A DNA stretch of 64,000 nt from Acidobacteriota bacterium (GTDB taxonomy: Bacteria > Acidobacteriota > Polarisedimenticolia > Gp22-AA2). Location of the stretch: contig JAGYID010000001.1 of NCBI GenBank assembly GCA_018606725.1, forward strand, positions 52,803-116,802, given 5' to 3'. Shown one piece after another: positions 40,675-58,079 of the stretch. The notes beneath the pieces are model-generated. The model was given only the letters and a program-made list of their open reading frames with translations. It was not told the origin of the DNA and did not search any database. Numbering within the stretch: the first letter of the stretch is position 1; each line of letters begins with the position of its first letter. The position numbers and the translations under genes are program-made.

Positions 40675-41430
40675 TCAGTGCTCCCCGACCACCTCGCGCG
40701 CCAGGGCCATGTAATCCCTGCAGCCGGTCGCGTCCGGATCGTAGTCGACGATCGGCACGCCGTAGCTGGTCGCCTCCTTGAGCTTCACGTTGGTGTGGAT
40801 GACCGTCCCGAACAGCGCCTCGCCGAAATAGCCGCTGAGATCGCGGAGGATCTCGCGCGAAAACGCCGTGCGCCGGTCGTACAGCGTCGCCAGGGCGCGC
40901 ACCTTCGGGGACCGGCCGCCGTCGGCGGGCACGTCCTGGATCAGCGCCATCAGCTGGCTGACGCCGTACAGCGCGAAGAACCCGGTGTCCACCGTGATGA
41001 TCGTCTCGTCGGCGGCCCGCAGGGCGTTGGCGGTCAGCAGGCCGCCGGTCGGCGGGCAGTCGATCAGCACGAACTCGTAAGCCTCGCTCAAACCGGCCAA
41101 CGCCCGCCGCAGCGTCTCTTCCCCGTGCGGCAGGGCATGCAGCCGCTGCTCGGCCATCAGCAGCCGCGGGTTCGACCGGGCCAGGTCGAAGTTCTCCGCC
41201 ACCGGGTGGATGACCTCCAGCAGATCGGCCCCGCTCATCAGCGCCTCGCAGACACCCGGGCACTCGAGGTCCGGCTTGCCGCGGCTGAGCCCGAGCGACG
41301 CGTGCGCCTGCGGATCGAGATCGACGAGCAGCGTCCGCATCCCGATCTTCGCCAGGCAGGCGCCCAGGTTGATGGCGGTGGTCGTCTTGCCCGAGCCGCC
41401 CTTCTGGTTGGCGATGGCGATCACGCGCAT
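40675..41430 (-). CDS. parA: ParA/Soj-family partitioning ATPase (small, type Ib-like)
   Basis: Deviant Walker A, IANQKGGSGKTTTAINLG. ATG at 41430. 251 aa. Confidence 0.85.
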   Translation of the reverse strand: MRVIAIANQKGGSGKTTTAINLGACLAKIGMRTLLVDLDPQAHASLGLSRGKPDLECPGVCEALMSGADLLEVIHPVAENFDLARSNPRLLMAEQRLHALPHGEETLRRALAGLSEAYEFVLIDCPPTGGLLTANALRAADETIITVDTGFFALYGVSQLMALIQDVPADGGRSPKVRALATLYDRRTAFSREILRDLSGYFGEALFGTVIHTNVKLKEATSYGVPIVDYDPDATGCRDYMALAREVVGEH

Positions 41431-42326
41431 CCCGACCCCCGATCGCCGAGGCCGCCGGCGCTCCGCCCGTTCTGCCGCTCGCGGATGTCCAGCAACAGAG
41501 ATCGCCCGATCCCCCGGAAGCACGCCGCGGCCGGGGAGGCCGGCTGGTTCAGCAGGATCGGCAGGCGGGCCGCGATGGAGGCGCCGATCCGCTGGTCGTC
41601 GAGGACGTGCCCGAGGTAATGCAGCGATCGCGCGAGATAGCGCTGGCTGACCTGCTCGAGCCGGCCGAACACCTCGAACCCCTCCACCGGACTGCCCACC
41701 CGGTTCACCACGACCGACAGCCTGGCGCCCGGGTTGTTGCGCGCGACGTTCTTGATCACCGCGTAGCCATCGGTCATCGATGTCAGGTCGGGGGTGACGA
41801 CGACCAGGATATCCGAAAGGGCATACAGGAACGTCGTCGTGGCGCGGCCGATGCCGGCGCCGGTGTCCACCAGGACGATGTCGGCCCGGCCGTCGGGGTC
41901 GTCGAGCGCCGCGACCAGCCTGGACAGCCGGTTCGGGTGCAGGTCGGCCATGTCGGCGCGACCCGAGCCGCCGGCCGCGAGCCGCATGCCGACCGGCCCG
42001 ACTTCGGAGACCTCGCTGAGCCGGGCCCCGGATTCGATGACCTCCATGATCGTGCGGGACGGCTGGATGCCCAGCAGCAGGTGCAGGTTGGCGAGACCCA
42101 TGTCGGCATCGATCGCCAGCACGCGCGTCCCGACGCTGGCGAGATAGACCGCGAGATTGCTGGTGAGCACCGATTTGCCGGTGCCGCCCTTGCCGCTGGT
42201 GATGCAGAAAACAGCCGCCCGGGGTCCACCGGGGCCGGCGGTCTCGGGCCGGTCCGACGCAGCCCGCCCCGCGACCGGCGGCTGCGCGCCGATGTCATAC
42301 AAGCCGCGCCCGAGGCGGCGCTTCAC
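41421..42326 (-). CDS. MinD/FlhG/ParA-superfamily P-loop ATPase with an N-terminal LGRGL peptide
   Basis: Deviant Walker A, ITSGKGGTGKSVLTSNLA. The N-terminus is MKRRLGRGLYDIGAQ. 10-nt overlap with parA. Confidence 0.8.
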   Translation of the reverse strand: MKRRLGRGLYDIGAQPPVAGRAASDRPETAGPGGPRAAVFCITSGKGGTGKSVLTSNLAVYLASVGTRVLAIDADMGLANLHLLLGIQPSRTIMEVIESGARLSEVSEVGPVGMRLAAGGSGRADMADLHPNRLSRLVAALDDPDGRADIVLVDTGAGIGRATTTFLYALSDILVVVTPDLTSMTDGYAVIKNVARNNPGARLSVVVNRVGSPVEGFEVFGRLEQVSQRYLARSLHYLGHVLDDQRIGASIAARLPILLNQPASPAAACFRGIGRSLLLDIRERQNGRSAGGLGDRGSGCA

Positions 42327-42336
42327 GATGAGCGTC

Positions 42337-43278
42337 TCAGGAGGTTCTCCTGTCGCGTTCGCGTCTCTGCCGGTCGAACCGTTCGAACTCGTCCAGCTCT
42401 TCCGCCGACAGCGGCTCGAAGGGATTATCCGGGCCGGTCGGGGCCATCACCAGCCTGTCGATCTCGAGGTCGAGGCCCCCGCCGGAAACCGGGTCGCCAG
42501 GCAGGGGCTCGTCGGCCAGCGGGAACTCGGGGACCGGCTCGAGAAGATCGGGCGGCGCCGGGAGCGGCGCTGCGACATCGCGCGGCATCGCCTCGCGCAT
42601 GGCGGCGACGCGGGCCGCGACGCGCCGCGATGGCAGCCGGAACACCTCCATCGCAGGCCGTACGGTGACGGCCTCTTCCCCCTTGAAGCGAACGAGCTGT
42701 ACCAGATAGGGGGTGACCTCGACGGCCAGCAGGTCGAGGCGTCGCAGGAAGGGGAACGAGTACGACTCCGCCAGGAGCAGCGACCGGACATTTCGTTCGG
42801 GGCTCAGCCCCTGGGAGGCGTAGGCGCGCGCCAGGATGTCGTACTGATCGCCGGCCCAGAGGGACTGGTCGAGGAGGCGGCGCAGGGCCCCTTCCGGTTC
42901 ATTGTCCGCGAGGGTTATGACCGCCAGCTGGCCCGCCCGGTCGACGGCCAGGACGTCGAGCGTACCGGCCGGACCGGTCTTCAGATCGGCATCGAGCACC
43001 CGAATCCCCACCTCGATGACCGAAGGATCACCGAGAAGGAGCGCTTTGAGTCGGCCCGAATCGCCGACGGGGTCGGTCGCGATGCGTGATGGCACCGCTC
43101 GCCTCGACGCTCTCTTGAAGAACCGCAGGGCAGCCCGGCCACGGCCGGACCGGAAGCGGCAGACTGGTGATGGACTCGCTACGGCTGAATGACGATGCAC
43201 CCGGCTGCCGCGCGGCCTAACCAATGGACCGACAACGGCTTCGGTCGACGCGCATGGTATTCGAGCCGGAGAAGCCAA
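42337..43278 (-). CDS. Hypothetical protein with a C-terminal acidic tail
   Basis: A central region (VLDADLKTGPAGTLDVLAVDRAGQLAVITLADNE) weakly resembles a PD-(D/E)xK / NucS-like strand pattern but lacks the lysine. The N-terminal extent is uncertain. Confidence 0.4.
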   Translation of the reverse strand: MASPARIPCASTEAVVGPLVRPRGSRVHRHSAVASPSPVCRFRSGRGRAALRFFKRASRRAVPSRIATDPVGDSGRLKALLLGDPSVIEVGIRVLDADLKTGPAGTLDVLAVDRAGQLAVITLADNEPEGALRRLLDQSLWAGDQYDILARAYASQGLSPERNVRSLLLAESYSFPFLRRLDLLAVEVTPYLVQLVRFKGEEAVTVRPAMEVFRLPSRRVAARVAAMREAMPRDVAAPLPAPPDLLEPVPEFPLADEPLPGDPVSGGGLDLEIDRLVMAPTGPDNPFEPLSAEELDEFERFDRQRRERDRRTS

Positions 43279-43327
43279 GTCAAGTTCTCAGAGCGGGGAC
43301 GCGCTCCCGGCCGGATAGTGGAATAGA

Positions 43328-44929
43328 ATGGTCGCCTCCAATCGCGACAGGGTCCCGGCCCGCCCGGTCACGCACCTTCAGGAGAGTGCGTCGATGGCGC
43401 CGCGAAGACTATCCACGAAAGCCCCGGCGACAAGAGCCCCGGGTAACGGGCGGTCGCGAACCGCCGGCCGGGCCCATACCCCCAGACCCACTGGCAAGCG
43501 GCCAAGCGCCGCATCCCGGCCGGGGGAGACCGCCTACCTGCGAATCCTCCGTCAGGTCAGCGAGGCCGCGAACGATGCCACCGGCATCGAGGCGCCGTTG
43601 CGGGTCGCCCTCGACGAAGTCTGCGCCCTGACCGGCTGGCCGGTCGGCCACGTCTTCTTCAAGGCCGAAGATCGCGACGAGATGGTCCCCGCCCCGCTAT
43701 GGCACATGGACGACGCGACCCGCTACGAAACCTTCCGGCGGGTGACCATGGCCACCCCGATGCCGCGGGGGAGCGGTCTGCCCGGCCGCGTCCTCGCAAG
43801 CGGCGAGCCGGTCTGGATCGCCGACATCACCCGCGACCGCAACTTCCCGCGCAACACCATCGCCGAGCCGTTGCACTTGAAGGCGGCATTCGGGTTCCCC
43901 GTGCGCGTCGGCCGCGAGGTCGCCGCCATGCTGGAGTTCTTCAGCCCCGAGCGGGCCGAGCCGCAGCCGGCGTTCCTCGAGGTCATGGACCAGCTCGGCA
44001 CGCTGCTGGGCCGCGCCATCGAGCGGGTGCGGGCGGAGGAGGCGTTCGGCAAGCTGGCGCGCGCCGTGTCCGAAAAGAGCGGCGACGAGTTTTTCGCCTC
44101 GCTGGCCCGGCAGCTGGTGAGCACCCTCGGGGCCGAGCTCGCCTTCATCGGCGAGGTGTCCGAGGACGGCCGCAGCGTCACCGCGGTCGCCGGCTGCGAC
44201 CGGGGCGGCCCGATGAAGGACTTCACCTACAGCCTGGAAGGGACGCCCTGCGAGGACGTCATCATGAAGCAGTTCTGCTCGTACGAGCGCGGCGTCCAGG
44301 AGAAGTTCCCGCGCGACACGATGCTTGCGGACAAGCGGATCGAAAGCTACGTCGGCACGCCGTTGATGGACGCCGACGGCAAGACGCTGGGCCTGCTGGT
44401 GGTGCTGTGGAAGACGCCGCCGGCCAACATCCGCATCGCCGAGTCGATGGTGCAGGTGTTCGCGGTGCGCGCCTCGACCGAGCTGGAGCGCAAGCGCTGT
44501 GAGGGCTCGCTGCAGAAGTTCTCGGCCCTGCCGGAGGTCACGCCGCACCCGATGGTGGAATTCGCCGCCGACGGTACGCTGCGCTTCGTCAACGACGCGG
44601 CCAAGAAGCTGATGGCGTCGCTCGGCAAGACCGACCCGTGGGACATCCTGCCGGCCGACACCGTGAACATCGTCCGGAAGTGCCTCGCCACCGGCAAGAA
44701 CGGCCTGATCTTCGACACCGTCGAGGGCGAGCACCGCACCATCTCCTGGTCGTTCATCCCGATCCTCCCCGGCGGCACCGTCTTCGCCCACGCCTTCGAG
44801 CTCAGCCTGTTCATGGCTCTGCAGGACGAATTGCGTCGCATGCGCCGGCCGTCGGGCCTCCGCCCCCCGTCCGGCCGCCTGAGGGACGCCCTCGACAAGG
44901 TCGACGTCCCCGGCGGCAAGGTGCACTGA
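43328..44929 (+). CDS. Sensor protein with GAF - GAF - PAS domains and no output domain
   Basis: Two GAF-like blocks and a PAS-like C-terminus. An alternative start at 43394 (MAPRRL) is possible. Confidence 0.65.
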   Translation: MVASNRDRVPARPVTHLQESASMAPRRLSTKAPATRAPGNGRSRTAGRAHTPRPTGKRPSAASRPGETAYLRILRQVSEAANDATGIEAPLRVALDEVCALTGWPVGHVFFKAEDRDEMVPAPLWHMDDATRYETFRRVTMATPMPRGSGLPGRVLASGEPVWIADITRDRNFPRNTIAEPLHLKAAFGFPVRVGREVAAMLEFFSPERAEPQPAFLEVMDQLGTLLGRAIERVRAEEAFGKLARAVSEKSGDEFFASLARQLVSTLGAELAFIGEVSEDGRSVTAVAGCDRGGPMKDFTYSLEGTPCEDVIMKQFCSYERGVQEKFPRDTMLADKRIESYVGTPLMDADGKTLGLLVVLWKTPPANIRIAESMVQVFAVRASTELERKRCEGSLQKFSALPEVTPHPMVEFAADGTLRFVNDAAKKLMASLGKTDPWDILPADTVNIVRKCLATGKNGLIFDTVEGEHRTISWSFIPILPGGTVFAHAFELSLFMALQDELRRMRRPSGLRPPSGRLRDALDKVDVPGGKVH

Positions 44930-44939
44930 CCTCCGGCGA

Positions 44940-46322
44940 TCACCCTTCCTGAGCCCGTGCCGCCGACCGCCCGAACTCGATCGGAATTCCGTAGTGACGC
45001 ATGCGCCGGTACAATTTCGGACGGCTCCAGCCGATAAAGCGTGACGCCCGCGTCTTGTCGCCCTCGAAGTTGTGCAGCGCTTTCTCGATCATCATCTGCT
45101 CGCCACCCTTGCCGGCCCCAAGGTACGTCGGGGACTCCTCGGTGATCATCACGTGGCGGACCCGGTCGGGCAGGGCGCTGGCGTCGATGACCTGGTCATC
45201 GCCGAGGGCGACGGCTCGCTGCGTTACGTTTTCCAGTTCGCGGATGTTTCCCGGCCACTCGTAGGACATCAGCAACTCGAGCGTTCCCGGAGAGACATGC
45301 TTTCGAGGCAATCCGGTCTCCACGGCGATCCGTTCGAGGAAGTGTTCGACGAGAGCGGGGATGTCCTCCTTGCGCTGACGCAACGGCGGCAGGTCGATGG
45401 CGATGACGTTGATGCGATAGAACAGGTCGTCTCGGAACGACCCTTCCCTGATCAACCCCCGCAGGCTGCGGTTGGTCGCCGAGATGATCCGGACGTCCAC
45501 GCGGATGGTGTCCTTGCCCCCGACCGGGCGGACCTCCCGCTCCTGCAAGGCCCGCAGCAGCTTGCTCTGCATCCGGACGCTCATGTCGCCGATCTCGTCC
45601 AGGAACAGTGTGCCGCCATCGGCCAGCTCGAGGATACCCTTGCGGTCGCGGTCGGCGCCCGTGAAGGCGCCCCGCACGTGGCCAAACAGCTCCGACTCGA
45701 GGAGACTCTCCGACAGGGCGGAGCAATTCTCCGAGAAAAAACGCCGCTGTTGGCGCCCGGACATCCGGTGGATGGCGCGGGCGACCAACTCCTTGCCGGT
45801 GCCGCTCTCGCCTTGAATGAGGACCGGCAGCGAACAGCCAGCCGCCTTCAGAATCAGGTCGTGAACCCGTCGCATCGCCTCGGTGGCGCCGATGATGCCA
45901 TCTGAGCGTCCGCCGGGGAGATCCGGGACCATCGGCGAACCGGCGCCCCGGGCGTCCGCTTTCCATGCCTCACGGTCGACGAGGGCGTACGGGATCGTCT
46001 TGCTGAGCGACACGATGAGTCGCTTGGTCGCCTCCTCGAGCATCTGGAGATCGGACAGGTCCATCACGCTTTGCACCGATTCGGGCCGTTCGCTCAACGT
46101 ACGGGCCCGGCCCCCCATCTTGCGGAGGTCGGCCAGCCACCCTTCCAGATCGATCCTCCCACACGCGTCAGCGGGCATCCTGTTGGTCCATCCTCCTTCC
46201 GGGTCTGGGGTGTCCTGACTGTTGCCGCGATCTCGATACATGCCAAGCCTGTGGTCAGAGGCTTTCACTGTCCCACAACAGAGCAACGGTGATACCAACG
46301 CGGGCGCAGGTGGCACCATCAC
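44940..46322 (-). CDS. Sigma-54-dependent transcriptional activator (NtrC family AAA+ EBP with Fis-type HTH), no receiver domain
   Basis: GESGTGKELVARAIH, the GAFTGA loop, ESELFGH, and a C-terminal HTH. Confidence 0.85.
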   Translation of the reverse strand: MMVPPAPALVSPLLCCGTVKASDHRLGMYRDRGNSQDTPDPEGGWTNRMPADACGRIDLEGWLADLRKMGGRARTLSERPESVQSVMDLSDLQMLEEATKRLIVSLSKTIPYALVDREAWKADARGAGSPMVPDLPGGRSDGIIGATEAMRRVHDLILKAAGCSLPVLIQGESGTGKELVARAIHRMSGRQQRRFFSENCSALSESLLESELFGHVRGAFTGADRDRKGILELADGGTLFLDEIGDMSVRMQSKLLRALQEREVRPVGGKDTIRVDVRIISATNRSLRGLIREGSFRDDLFYRINVIAIDLPPLRQRKEDIPALVEHFLERIAVETGLPRKHVSPGTLELLMSYEWPGNIRELENVTQRAVALGDDQVIDASALPDRVRHVMITEESPTYLGAGKGGEQMMIEKALHNFEGDKTRASRFIGWSRPKLYRRMRHYGIPIEFGRSAARAQEG

Positions 46323-46544
46323 GATGCCGACGCGGGGAAGTTGTTCGACCGGCGAGAGATAGAGGCGTCTGCGAGGTGAATGACACGGATTGTCAGCGGG
46401 ATCGATAGGTAGGATCTGTCCTACTGTGAAAATCCAGCCTTGTCCGTGTCACACAGTATCACACGGTTCCGGGCGAGCCATGGCCCGAAGGCCGCTCTGC
46501 GGAAGGGTTTCCGGCGGTCCTGGCATGCCGGTCCGCGGGGCGTC

Positions 46545-51662
<5,118 letters not shown>

Positions 51663-51746
51663 GAAGTTAGGGAGCGCCAGTGGGGAAGGTCAAGCTCTTT
51701 GAGTAGCAATTCCTACACGATTACGCTTGCTGACTTGGTAAATGAC

Positions 51747-51770
51747 AAAGGGGGCCCGAAGGCCCCCTTG
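51747..51770 (-). terminator. Rho-independent terminator for the repeat-peptide gene
   Basis: On the minus strand, a hairpin GGGGGCC-ttcg-GGCCCCC is followed by TTTGTCATTT. It lies about 30 nt past the stop at 51799. Confidence 0.5.
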
Positions 51771-51798
51771 GGTTCTGAGCTGCAAAGAATATGGAGGT

Positions 51799-52134
51799 CT
51801 ACTTGCCGCCCCAGATGGCCGAGTCCTTGCCGCCCCAGATAGCTGAGTCCTTGCCGCCCCAGATGGCTGAGTCCTTGCCGCCCCAGATGGCTGAGTCCTT
51901 GCCGCCCCAGATGGCTGAGTCCTTGCCGCCCCAGATGGCCGAGTCCTTGCCGCCCCAGATGGCCGAGTCCTTGCCGCCCCAGATGGCCGAGTACATAGAC
52001 AGCACGCGGGCGTATAGGCTCTCGCTCCGCGAGTGGGAGGCGCCGACGAGAGGTGCGGCCTGAACCAGAGACTGGCCGAGGGTCATTGCGATGATGACTG
52101 CCAGGACTGCGACGACTTTGCCCGAGTTCCTCAT
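51799..52134 (-). CDS. Small secreted protein with eight tandem SAIWGGKD octapeptide repeats
   Basis: MRNSGKVVAVLAVIIAMTLGQSLVQAAPLVGAS is a signal peptide. The protein then ends with eight SAIWGGKD repeats, the last lacking its D. The repeat DNA units differ only at synonymous sites. SD gaggggg lies 6 nt upstream of the ATG at 52134. Confidence 0.6.
   Translation of the reverse strand: MRNSGKVVAVLAVIIAMTLGQSLVQAAPLVGASHSRSESLYARVLSMYSAIWGGKDSAIWGGKDSAIWGGKDSAIWGGKDSAIWGGKDSAIWGGKDSAIWGGKDSAIWGGK
51802..51993. repeat. Eight tandem 24-bp direct repeats (coding, within the repeat-peptide gene)
   Basis: The cttgccgccccagatggc[c/t]gagtc units are variants GGCC, GGCT and AGCT, all synonymous on the coding (minus) strand. 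Confidence 0.9.
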
Positions 52135-52179
52135 GTCCATCCCCCTCAAGTGTTCCCGTTTGACTGCGCCGGTCGAAAT

Positions 52180-52196
52180 TGCAGCGTCGATGCCAA
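52180..52196 (-). promoter_or_regulatory. Candidate sigma-54 promoter (TGGCAT-N5-CTGCA, GG-N10-GC) upstream of the repeat-peptide gene
   Basis: The minus strand reads TTGGCATCGACGCTGCA about 45 nt upstream of the ATG at 52134. This matches the -24 GG / -12 GC spacing of sigma-54 promoters. Confidence 0.4.
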
Positions 52197-52522
52197 ACTT
52201 GTTTGCACATGGTGGATGGATCGGTCTAAGTGATTGATAAATAAAATGCGTAAAACGACTCTGGCTATCGATTCAGGCTGGATGTTGGCTGTGCCACCCC
52301 GGGCGGCGAGTCTCATGAGCGTTTGTGGTGAACGACTGTAAGTATATTAATGTCTTCTTGTTACGTCGTGTTTTCCAGACAAAATTCAGGATTTCGTCTA
52401 GTGAGACTAGCGTCAAGTCGTTGTTAAATATTGATTTGCTCATTACAGCGTGTTTTGAGTATCACGCAAAACATCAGTGAGACTCTACTCGCGATACCAA
52501 ATTGAGATTGTCGTGAGGTCTG

Positions 52523-57892
<5,370 letters not shown>

Positions 57893-58079
57893 CGCGGCGA
57901 GCGCCAGGTCGGCGGGGGCGGCCTACCCTGTACGCCTCACACCCCACATCGGCCGGAAGGTGGATCGGCCATCACGCCGGGCCCCTCCCGCCGAGCTTGG
58001 CGGGAAAGTACTACTAATCTATTGAGGGTGCAAGGTTTTCTGCGCCGGAGATCGAGGCGAGGGATCGGCGCAGCGCCGG

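Noticed and set aside
39304-41619. 771-aa plus-strand ORF spanning the ParA/MinD region
   Set aside because: It is antisense to two clearly real P-loop ATPase genes, and its product is Arg/Ala/Gly/Pro-rich low complexity. This is a typical stop-codon-poor artefact of high-GC DNA. The same reasoning applies to 10374..13826 (-) antisense to smc, 2506..3975 (+) and 2732..4114 (-) in mutS, 53681..57871 (+) antisense to the kinase-EBP gene, 46440..48542 (+), 16001..17050 (-), 19613..20743 (+) and 20740..22149 (+).
51802-51993. Possible CRISPR array (regular 24-bp repeats)
   Set aside because: The repeats are directly adjacent with no spacers, lie inside a coding sequence and encode SAIWGGKD in frame. 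The 51791..52063 (+) ORF (MAESLPPQ repeats) is the antisense reading of the same repeats.
57893-58079. Possible promoter or terminator signals between the HD-GYP gene and kinase-EBP 2
   Set aside because: Only weak -35/-10 candidates (TTGCAC...TACTTT) and a hairpin without a T-tract were seen. The evidence is insufficient.
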